This document shows positions 10,203 to 17,642 of a stretch of DNA of 64,000 bases, piece by piece (position 1 is the stretch's first letter; each line of letters starts with the position of its first letter). A program made the translations under genes and the position numbers. The notes beneath the pieces were generated by a model. It saw only the letters and a program-made list of their open reading frames with translations, did not search any database and was not told the origin of the DNA. The stretch is from the sequence record PV112478.1; one strand, 5' to 3'.

Positions 10203-10544
10203 TTAAATGTTTTTGACTGTGCAGTAAAACCCAGGGATGATCTCAACTTTCTCTTCGCTGCGGCTTAGATAGCTGGCGCGCATTGATTTAAAAAATAACT
10301 TTTTAAATTCACTGTGAGAAAGAATAAGATACGACATTTTATTGTCTTCATTCTCTACGTAAGGAATGAAATCAACATCGGTAATTGATTTCAAAGATTT
10401 ATTGATAGATGATTTACTTTCATCGTCAATCTGGGCTTCAAGATTAATTTCAGTGAAGTAATCATTCTTTTTATTTTTAGGGGAGTTTTTGTAGGACAGT
10501 TTATAATGCCTGTCGGTTGTGATTGAACAACGTATTCTTTTCAT
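10203..10544 (-). CDS. Hypothetical protein
   Basis: 113-aa ORF, AAGG RBS. Confidence 0.55.
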   Translation of the reverse strand: MKRIRCSITTDRHYKLSYKNSPKNKKNDYFTEINLEAQIDDESKSSINKSLKSITDVDFIPYVENEDNKMSYLILSHSEFKKLFFKSMRASYLSRSEEKVEIIPGFYCTVKNI

Positions 10545-10569
10545 TTTAATACCTTATTGACAGTATTGT

Positions 10570-11106
10570 TTAAGCGTTGTACTCAATGGAGGTGATACCA
10601 AGATCTCGATAGAGACTGGCCGCTTTAAGCGCTTCAAAATACGTTAAGGTATCAAACCTTTCGCCGAGATCGTGAGCAAATTCGGTCGCAGAAGCGTAGC
10701 GCTGTGGACAGAACTCTTTGTAGAATAACCGTTGCTGTTCTGTGATATCGAAATGACTCGCGGCACAATTACGAAGATACGGTTCGGTGAATAATTCCCG
10801 TATCGTAACTATCGCGGTTGTATTGACTCGATGTGACGGAGCTTCGCTAATGATCGGGCTGATAAAGTAAAGTTCATTGCGGTCAAAACAGTAACTGAAA
10901 CCTTTGACGCCGATGAGATTAAGGTAGTAAAGAAAGTTTTCCCAGGGTGTCTTTTCACCTGGGGTTGGTACAGACGTCGACTGGAACTTAAAGTCGTACA
11001 TGTTGGTGTAATAAAAATTACATGCAGTGACGTTCTCAGATAAAAATCTTTTCGCGGCGAGTTCAACATGTTTCTTAACTTGGTCTTCTGTCAGGACAGT
11101 GTTCAT
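10570..11106 (-). CDS. Hypothetical protein
   Basis: 178-aa ORF, TAATG coupling to upstream gene. Confidence 0.65.
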   Translation of the reverse strand: MNTVLTEDQVKKHVELAAKRFLSENVTACNFYYTNMYDFKFQSTSVPTPGEKTPWENFLYYLNLIGVKGFSYCFDRNELYFISPIISEAPSHRVNTTAIVTIRELFTEPYLRNCAASHFDITEQQRLFYKEFCPQRYASATEFAHDLGERFDTLTYFEALKAASLYRDLGITSIEYNA

Positions 11107-11984
11107 TATTTTACCTCATTTAATTTTTTGAAATAGCTTTTTATCAGGGCGCCTTCTTCGTTCAATTCAGTTTCAGAACATAAACTTTCTTTACGGTTCC
11201 GATTACTGACCTCATTAATTCTTCGTTCGATACCCTTCTCATCGATATAATGCGGATATTTAAAATCTCGGTACCCGAATGCATCCAGTTGGCGAGCACG
11301 TTCATTAGTGATGTCTAAAGCCAATCCGATCTTTGCAAACGTTGCGCCTTTAGCTCTGGCCAGTGTAGCAAACATTCGACGTACTTTCGTAATATCTAAT
11401 TTAACTATATTAGTTATTTCGCCTTTTGCTATAGCTTTCCCAACAGCAGACTTTTTATCATGATAAATCTTTTCCAATTCTTCCATCACTGTAGATTTAT
11501 CGCGTAATTCTTCTTTTGTTTTGCTAAAGGTGTTTGGGGCATTATACATCGGCCAGATGGAATAATAAGCATCCTGATAACCTTTTAACAGTTTCTGGTC
11601 TTCTTTAAACTGTTCCATTGCATCGGAGAGTTGACCCTCTTCGAAATAAACATGTACAGCAATAAGTGCAAAAAAGAGATCTTGTTTTTCTCGGTTTCTC
11701 GGGAACCTTGAATTACAGAAGAACCGCGCGCCTTTCAATGTGCGCTCTCTAACCGCCTGAGGGCCTACGCCCAGTAATCTCCCAGTAAGTCCGTAACTGA
11801 ACCCCCGCAGTCTAACGAGTAATAGATAGTACCATTCTGCTCTCCGTATTGTTATTTGTAATTGTTTCTTATTAACCGATTCTGTCGAACATATACGTGC
11901 TAATAAAAGCTGAGTTTCGATTTCATAGAGCAATTTACTGAACTGCTTGACAAGTATTGTAACGAAATAAATTTTATCGTTCAC
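11106..11984 (-). CDS. Protein with two sigma70 region-4-like HTH motifs
   Basis: LRGFSYGLTGRLLGVGPQAVRE and AKGATFAKIGLALDITNERARQL; GGAGG RBS. Confidence 0.6.
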   Translation of the reverse strand: MNDKIYFVTILVKQFSKLLYEIETQLLLARICSTESVNKKQLQITIRRAEWYYLLLVRLRGFSYGLTGRLLGVGPQAVRERTLKGARFFCNSRFPRNREKQDLFFALIAVHVYFEEGQLSDAMEQFKEDQKLLKGYQDAYYSIWPMYNAPNTFSKTKEELRDKSTVMEELEKIYHDKKSAVGKAIAKGEITNIVKLDITKVRRMFATLARAKGATFAKIGLALDITNERARQLDAFGYRDFKYPHYIDEKGIERRINEVSNRNRKESLCSETELNEEGALIKSYFKKLNEVK

Positions 11985-12017
11985 AATTTAATCCTCCAGA
12001 TTACGTTATTCCTTACA

Positions 12018-12027
12018 GTGATATATG
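12018..12027 (-). promoter_or_regulatory. Putative early promoter core (CATATATCAC)
   Basis: Recurrent ATATAYAC motif upstream of minus-strand units; resembles the phiKZ early TATTAC core. Confidence 0.5.
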
Positions 12028-12033
12028 CATAAA

Positions 12034-12063
12034 ACCGAGTGGAGACCTAGGTCTCCACTCGGT
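12034..12063 (-). terminator. Perfect 30-bp palindrome terminator
   Basis: ACCGAGTGGAGACCT-AGGTCTCCACTCGGT followed by a T run on the minus strand. Confidence 0.7.
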
Positions 12064-12066
12064 AAT

Positions 12067-12339
12067 TCAGTCATCGAAACGAATTGTTGAACCTTTGACA
12101 ATCCCTTTACAAACTGTCCCTGTTACAAATTTACCGGCGGGTGATAACGCTTCGAAGTGAGTGCGATAAATTTCATTTTTGGCGCAGCCTAAAGTAAAGT
12201 CATCCGAAACTTTTACTTCAGTATAGCCATTATTTTCAAGTATTCGTTTAGCCCCGTCGGTATCACGTAAACCCATAAAAGACAATGCGCCCGCACCTAG
12301 TAATAGCACACAAACAATGGTATATAAAATATTTTTCAT
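12067..12339 (-). CDS. Small membrane-anchored protein (90 aa)
   Basis: N-terminal TM helix followed by a two-Cys domain. Confidence 0.7.
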   Translation of the reverse strand: MKNILYTIVCVLLLGAGALSFMGLRDTDGAKRILENNGYTEVKVSDDFTLGCAKNEIYRTHFEALSPAGKFVTGTVCKGIVKGSTIRFDD

Positions 12340-12849
12340 TATTTTCTCTCAAGAAAAGGTTTAACTACAGAAAGTCTTTCTTCTTCTGTTAGTTCGTCTA
12401 AATCACGACTAGTCGACCCTCTGCGGAAGTTACGACTAAACTTCTCACCTGCTTTATCATCGTCCCCCAAACAAACAAATTCGTAAGGGAGTAATAATAG
12501 TTGTTGTTTCAGTTGAGGGGAAAGGTCAGAACCTAATGCGCTCCAGCTATTTAAGTCCAGGACATGAAGACTGGCTGATTTAAAGACAGACTCCGTTAAG
12601 AATACGGGACCGGGTTTCAGTTCTAATTTCTAAACCAAAAACACCAACATTACCAAGAAGTCTCGTGAAATAACGGGCTTCTTTAGGGTTCTTTGTTTTC
12701 TTAGGGGCATCGGGTGTATAAACCTGATAACCGCGCAGTTTATAGTCGAAACCAAACAAAGGTACGGTAAGACTGGTTTCTGTTAACCAATTAGTCGGGT
12801 AGCGGTTTACGTCGTAATGACGTTCGAGCAAGTGTTCGGTTAAGTTCAT
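12339..12849 (-). pseudogene. Frameshifted small TOPRIM (primase-like) gene
   Basis: The N-terminal frame (MNLTEHLLERH...VFGLE) continues in the +1 frame as LELKPGPVFLTESVFKSA...CLGDDDKAG...PFLERK*. That stop overlaps the next ATG (TAATG). Confidence 0.7.
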
Positions 12850-12956
12850 GACTTGGTCTCTCTTTTATCTTGAGCTGAGTATTTTCATACGGGTTTGCAG
12901 TAACTGCGGAAAACAGATTTAATCTTTGCATCCCGATAAAAATAGTAAGTGTGTTC

Positions 12957-13145
12957 TTAGCGAACATAATTCCTCCTTTGGTTTAATTCTGTTCTGGTCG
13001 GTTTTTCAGCATCGATAGGTTCTAGCCAAAAATGTTTACATTCCCTACATTCCCAAGTTATTTCATTGTCGTCCTCATCGTATACTTGAGAACAGTGCAT
13101 AGCTTGGCACATAGGGCAATCCATCCCGGTCCACTGGAACGTCAT
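12957..13145 (-). CDS. Small Zn-ribbon protein
   Basis: CPMC...CREC. Start ATG 13145 overlaps the upstream TGA (ATGA). Confidence 0.65.
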   Translation of the reverse strand: MTFQWTGMDCPMCQAMHCSQVYDEDDNEITWECRECKHFWLEPIDAEKPTRTELNQRRNYVR

Positions 13146-13618
13146 GGTTTTACACACATGTATTTGGTTTGTTCCAGAAAACCCTGCGACTCATAGAATT
13201 TCTGGGCATTTACGTTAGAGACGTGGACAGAGAGACTAACTTGGTCAACTGAGAGGTGCTTAGCAAACATTCTAACTTGTTTTACCAGTGCCTTCCCGTA
13301 GCCCATTTTTCGATAATGTCGTTTGATGTACAGATAATTAATCGACATCCATGTAACACTTCCGTTTACGACAGGTGGTATATACTCAACAAACCCTACG
13401 ACATTCTCTTTATCTATTACCAGAAGAATGTTAGTTTGATCAGTCCAACGATCAATAAGTTTTTCTGTTTTTAACTCGTTAGTGAGGATGTCGAGATTAC
13501 TTCTCGATTTCCATAAAGTCGCTTCATTTTTATCCATGACATGAAACATGTCTAAAAGTTCTTTTTCATACTTGATAGCTTCCGGATCTTCAGGGCCCAG
13601 TAATAAAACAAATTCCAT
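13142..13618 (-). CDS. GNAT-family acetyltransferase
   Basis: Motif A YIKRHYRKMGYGKALV and motif B NVNAQKFYESQGF. Confidence 0.85.
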   Translation of the reverse strand: MEFVLLLGPEDPEAIKYEKELLDMFHVMDKNEATLWKSRSNLDILTNELKTEKLIDRWTDQTNILLVIDKENVVGFVEYIPPVVNGSVTWMSINYLYIKRHYRKMGYGKALVKQVRMFAKHLSVDQVSLSVHVSNVNAQKFYESQGFLEQTKYMCVKP

Positions 13619-13807
13619 AGTTTCTCTCCTGAATTGATGGCATAAAGGGAAGAGCTTCCGCCCTCCCCTTAGCCCGATTATTTGAATGTCTCACGACAAG
13701 CAAAGTCGTATTGTTGCCACGCTGATTTCTCAGACGAAGCTACCGCGCTGGCATCGCGATTCGGTTAACAGGTGGTGCTGTTTACATAATAACTGGCAGC
13801 AACTGTT

Positions 13808-14668
13808 TTATTTGATCGAACTATTCAGCAGGAGAATAAAATCAATAGCAGCGCGTTGTGTACATTGAATCGGGGCCATATAAATAACTTCGGCCTTCAT
13901 CCCATTACCTTCGGCGTCAATATCGGAACTGATTCTACAAATCTCTTCATCTTCAAAGTCTACATCATCGCTCCGCCAAATACCTTCTGACGTATCAATG
14001 CCAGGTGGCCCAAAGAATTCCAAATTATCCCAAGATTCTTCGAATAGAGAACTATCTTTGATAATCTTGAGTGCAACCGTAACACATTGTGCGATCTCTT
14101 CCGGTGACAATGTTGGTCCAGTTACCATGGCTTTAAAATTATCAGTTCTTTCGACTTTTCCATTTTGAGCTACCTGCACTGTACAACCACCGAATAAAGG
14201 TTTAGTATAGCGGAGCCCAGCAGCCGGATCTTTCACTTTTCCATAGGTATCGATAATGGCTTTATTGGGGTCAGTAATCTTACCCTCACTATATGCTTTA
14301 TCGATCTTATTTCGAATGACTCGAAGTGACTCTCCGTGTTGTTTCAGACTCTTTGCACCTTCCTCCGCGAAGTGTTTAGCCTCACTATAAGTCCGTTCTA
14401 GAGCAAGTTTTAAATCGCTAGGTACTTTACCGCCAAGTGTTAATCGAGACCACATTTTATTATTTGCAGAAACGACCAAATGGTCTTTAATCCAATTAAC
14501 GTCACCGAAGGTTTGTTTTATACTAACTTCGTTTTTAAGTAGGAAGGATAAAGCCTTTTTAGTTTCTTCTGGAATTTCTATCTTCTCTTTTTTACCACCG
14601 AAGATTTTTCCGAGAAAACCTTCGTTACTGACACGGGTGCGAGAAAGTATATCCGATCTTAATGGCAT
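13808..14668 (-). CDS. Probable internal head protein with propeptide
   Basis: RVSNE|GFLGKIFG matches the S/A/G-X-E prohead-protease cleavage signature of phiKZ-like head proteins. Confidence 0.55.
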   Translation of the reverse strand: MPLRSDILSRTRVSNEGFLGKIFGGKKEKIEIPEETKKALSFLLKNEVSIKQTFGDVNWIKDHLVVSANNKMWSRLTLGGKVPSDLKLALERTYSEAKHFAEEGAKSLKQHGESLRVIRNKIDKAYSEGKITDPNKAIIDTYGKVKDPAAGLRYTKPLFGGCTVQVAQNGKVERTDNFKAMVTGPTLSPEEIAQCVTVALKIIKDSSLFEESWDNLEFFGPPGIDTSEGIWRSDDVDFEDEEICRISSDIDAEGNGMKAEVIYMAPIQCTQRAAIDFILLLNSSIK

Positions 14669-14670
14669 AA

Positions 14671-14829
14671 TTAGCTACCCAACTTGTCATTGATTTTGTT
14701 TTTGACTTCATCAAACTTATCAGCGACCTTATCCAGGGTCGGATCCATTTTGTCTTTGTGCTTACGGTAGACATAAATCGCAATCAGTGCGATAACAACA
14801 ACGGAAAGAACTGTGGAGATTAAGCTCAT
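14671..14829 (-). CDS. 52-aa membrane-anchored peptide (below ORF-track cutoff)
   Basis: MSLISTVLSVVVIALIAIYVYRKHKDK...; AAGGTG RBS. Confidence 0.65.
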   Translation of the reverse strand: MSLISTVLSVVVIALIAIYVYRKHKDKMDPTLDKVADKFDEVKNKINDKLGS

Positions 14830-15039
14830 GGTAGATCACCTTTTTGACGATTAGTTTATTCATAAAAACAGCATAAAGAGAGGGTCTTTCGACCCTCTCT
14901 CGTACTGACTTATCGTCAAAAGGATCTCAGTGTTTAGCTCATAAATGACTTATCGCACATCATCCTTTTCATGTTAAGGTCGCCACCGAAACATGTTTAT
15001 TCTCGGCTATACGAGTTAGCTTAATTTCCATATTTTTAA

Positions 15040-15575
15040 TACCCGATCCCTTCTACGTTGGAGAAATGGATCGAATAGGGTGACGCCCCCGGACATTTTT
15101 GCCGGCTCCTTGCACCTCTTTCGCCGGAATCCCCGGCTGAGGTCTATGGTCTATGGCCGCCTATTTTCGCTCTAAGGCGTAGGCCGCCTAAAATGACAGG
15201 CGTCATAATTAGTACCCCTCGGCCGATTCCGCGGCGCGTTTAACCGGCGGGTCGCCGAAGTCTTTGTCTCACGAGAGTTACCAATAAGTTATTGCTTATT
15301 GGACAAATCATTCGGATACGATTCCGAACTCCCTTCCTACCGAGCCTCTACTACCGAGCAGGAGTCGAACCTGCACTCTCTGTAAACAATATCACTTGAC
15401 TAGAGCAGTATTGTAAAGGTTACGTGGACTTTAAAAGTGTAGAATGGGTATCAGTTAATTTGTTGCGGCCGCATACCGGTAACTGACTTCTTCTACTAGC
15501 GCCACCACTGACTCCGGTGTCTCGCCTAGTGGCGTTGTGCGACCCATTAACTCGCACTATCTCTTTTAAGTCCAA
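15040..15575 (-). ncRNA. Candidate structured non-coding RNA(s) downstream of the tRNA cluster
   Basis: No ORF. Long stem 15426-15437/15563-15573 enclosing several hairpins, an orphan T-arm at 15358-15374 and a GC-rich 15040-15290 segment. Confidence 0.4.
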
Positions 15576-15578
15576 CTT

Positions 15579-15686
15579 TGGTTGATAGGTACCGAATCGA
15601 ACGGCTATCTCAGGCTCCCATGTTAAGGCGCCCCTCGTATGAGAGGGGGCCTAATGCCCGCGCTTTACCTTTAAGCTAGCCTATCA
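15579..15686 (-). ncRNA. tRNA-like RNA with 40-nt hairpin-containing anticodon loop, CCA end
   Basis: Acceptor TGATAGG/CCTATCA-A-CCA, D arm GCTT/AAGC, stem CGGGC/GCCTG and T loop TTCGATT. Confidence 0.7.
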
Positions 15687-15939
15687 TTGAATAGGTTCCC
15701 TAGCACTCAATGAGTATCATCTACACCAGCAGCGCCCGGTGTTTAGCCGAGATGCAATTATGCTTAAATGGGTCGTATTTAACGGCTCATTTATTCGTCG
15801 ATGATTTACGTAGGGATAACAAGGAGACATCCCCCTCAGCATGCCGAGGTCAACTTTTGCCTTAGGTCAAGATTAACTCTCCGCAACATTAAGTCGCCTG
15901 GTTAACCCCTACCTTTAGTCTAAGCAAGATGTCATTATT

Positions 15940-16029
15940 TGGCAGAGAGTGAGAGATTCGAACTCTCGGTACCCTTTCGGATACACTCCCTTAGCAGGGG
16001 AGCGACTTAAACCGCTCATCCAACTCTCT
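15940..16029 (-). tRNA. tRNA-Ser(GCU)
   Basis: Cloverleaf, CTCCC-CTGCTAA-GGGAG, long variable arm, G73, CCA. Confidence 0.93.
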
Positions 16030-16038
16030 ATTAAAATG

Positions 16039-16112
16039 CGACTCTTCCAGGACTTGAACCTGGGACCTACAGCTTAACAGGCTGCCGTTCTAACCAACTG
16101 AACTAAAGAGTC
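16039..16112 (-). tRNA. tRNA-Asn(GUU), CCA not encoded
   Basis: GCAGC-CTGTTAA-GCTGT; ends G73-CAT. Confidence 0.9.
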
Positions 16113-16118
16113 ATTATT

Positions 16119-16193
16119 TGGCGGTGCTACGGAGAATTGAACTCCGGTCTCCTCCGTGACAGGGAGGTATCCTTTCCACTAGACGATAGCACC
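16119..16193 (-). tRNA. tRNA-Asp(GUC)
   Basis: CCTCC-CTGTCAC-GGAGG, G73, CCA. Confidence 0.93.
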
Positions 16194-16201
16194 TTTTTGT
16201 T

Positions 16202-16302
16202 TGGTTGTTCCCTTCCGGATTTGAACCGGCAACCTCCTGCTAAGCAGTGGGCGGCGCAGTGGCCGCCGATGCAGGCGCTCTACCTAGTTGAGCTACGAGA
16301 AC
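16202..16302 (-). ncRNA. tRNA-like RNA with 30-nt hairpin-containing anticodon loop, CCA end
   Basis: D arm GCTC/GAGC, stem CCTGC/GCAGG, T arm CCGG-TTCAAAT-CCGG and acceptor TGTTCTC/GGGAACA-A-CCA. Confidence 0.7.
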
Positions 16303-16310
16303 ATTGTATC

Positions 16311-16386
16311 TGGAGCAAGCAGCGAGGTTCGAACTCGCGACCTATGACTTGGAAGGACATCGCTCTACCGACTGAGCTATACTTGC
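16311..16386 (-). tRNA. tRNA-Gly(UCC)
   Basis: Loop CTTCCAA, U73, CCA; one T-T mismatch in the anticodon stem. Confidence 0.9.
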
Positions 16387-16391
16387 GCTAA

Positions 16392-16466
16392 TGGCAGAAG
16401 CGCCTAGATTCGAACTAGGGGTACCGAGATCAAAGCCCGGGGCCTTAACCGCTTGGCTACACTTCT
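16392..16466 (-). tRNA. tRNA-Gln(UUG)
   Basis: CCGGG-CTTTGAT-CTCGG, G73, CCA. Confidence 0.9.
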
Positions 16467-16473
16467 ATAAAAC

Positions 16474-16557
16474 TGGTGGGGAAGGGTAGATTCGAACTAC
16501 CGAAGCCGAAGCAGCAGATTTACAGTCTGACCCATTTGACCACTCTGGAACTTCCCC
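16474..16557 (-). tRNA. tRNA-Tyr(GUA)
   Basis: CAGA-CTGTAAA-TCTG, variable arm, A73, CCA. Confidence 0.93.
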
Positions 16558-16754
16558 TGAATTTGGGACCCGATTATTTCAGCGCTGCATTCTTTACTCT
16601 CGGGCCAAGGAGCACTATTAGTTTCTTCTCAGGGCGTATGGTTTCCCTCTGAGACTTGCGCAATATTTGAACAGGTTGATTGTTGTCTTAACATTCCGGA
16701 GAGAAAGTTACAATCTTTGTTCATAATATATTGAATTACTTAAATTTTGATTGC

Positions 16755-17096
16755 CTACCGGAATTTCCCTACAGATAACCAGATATCAGCAACCAAAAGA
16801 ATTTGTCCGCCATATTGGGTGACGGTATTCCAACCATTGCGTTTAGCGGCTGCATTGATCAGTGATAAAAATTGGTCTCTCCAAGGTCCTTGGTAAATCT
16901 GAGAGTGGTGTATTATTCGTATATTATTCGAACTCTCAATCTTATTAAGTTCTTCTGTTCCCCTGATCATATCGAAAACGTCTTTCGACTTAATCAAATA
17001 AGCCGGATCGTTAATCGTTCGATCAGAGGCTAAAGGAAGACGATAAGAAATATGGTCAATGTCTTCTTGACTGTGTGCAAATGTTACGTCATTCAT
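16755..17096 (-). CDS. Hypothetical protein splitting the tRNA cluster
   Basis: 113-aa ORF with AAGGT RBS. Confidence 0.6.
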   Translation of the reverse strand: MNDVTFAHSQEDIDHISYRLPLASDRTINDPAYLIKSKDVFDMIRGTEELNKIESSNNIRIIHHSQIYQGPWRDQFLSLINAAAKRNGWNTVTQYGGQILLVADIWLSVGKFR

Positions 17097-17177
17097 TTTA
17101 CTTTTACCTTATACAAGTTAGCGGTCTAAACCGAAATAGGAAGACCAACAAAAACTGTGGGATGAATAATAATGAAG

Positions 17178-17251
<74 letters not shown>

Positions 17252-17256
17252 GTAGA

Positions 17257-17341
17257 TGGTGCCCAGGGCGGGGTTCGAACCCGCACGCGATAAAGCGAGG
17301 GATTTTAAATCCCTTGTGTCTGCCGATTTCACCACCTGGGC
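17257..17341 (-). tRNA. tRNA-Leu(UAA)
   Basis: AGGGA-TTTAAAA-TCCCT, variable arm, A73, CCA. Confidence 0.93.
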
Positions 17342-17346
17342 AAATA

Positions 17347-17422
17347 TGGTGGGTCCAGCAGGTTTTGAACCTGCGACCAAGCGATTATGAGTCGCCTGCT
17401 CTAACCACTGAGCTATGGACCC
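17347..17422 (-). tRNA. tRNA-Ile2(CAU, lysidine type)
   Basis: GGCGA-CTCATAA-TCGCT; D and anticodon arms match enterobacterial ileX. A73, CCA. Confidence 0.88.
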
Positions 17423-17474
17423 AAAAAACGATCTTTTATTAAGAGCACATAAATGTACCCTTTGTAAAATACCG

Positions 17475-17639
17475 TCAGCTCGATTGTTTCTTTTTCTTTC
17501 TGAAAGCAAGCTGCACATAAATGGCAATTGCACCAGCGAGAATAATAAGCAGGACAATATCAATCAATACACCTACCATTCGAAACAACACCAAAAAGAT
17601 GACGGCCAGTAATATTAACCAGCCGATCTTTTTCAGCAT
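17475..17639 (-). CDS. 54-aa two-TM membrane protein (below ORF-track cutoff)
   Basis: MLKKIGWLILLAVIFLVLFRMVGVLIDIVLLIILAGAIAIYVQLAFRKKKKQSS*; starts 3 nt after the TAXI gene stop. Confidence 0.7.
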   Translation of the reverse strand: MLKKIGWLILLAVIFLVLFRMVGVLIDIVLLIILAGAIAIYVQLAFRKKKKQSS

Positions 17640-17642
17640 AAC

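Noticed and set aside
15040-15575. tmRNA or RNase P RNA identity
   Set aside because: No GGGGCTGA-type tmRNA 5' end or tag ORF, and no GAGGAAAGUCC RNase P core seen; kept only as unidentified ncRNA.
17347-17422. tRNA-Met call for the CAU tRNA
   Set aside because: It lacks the initiator GGG/CCC anticodon stem and its arms match the Ile2 (ileX) type.
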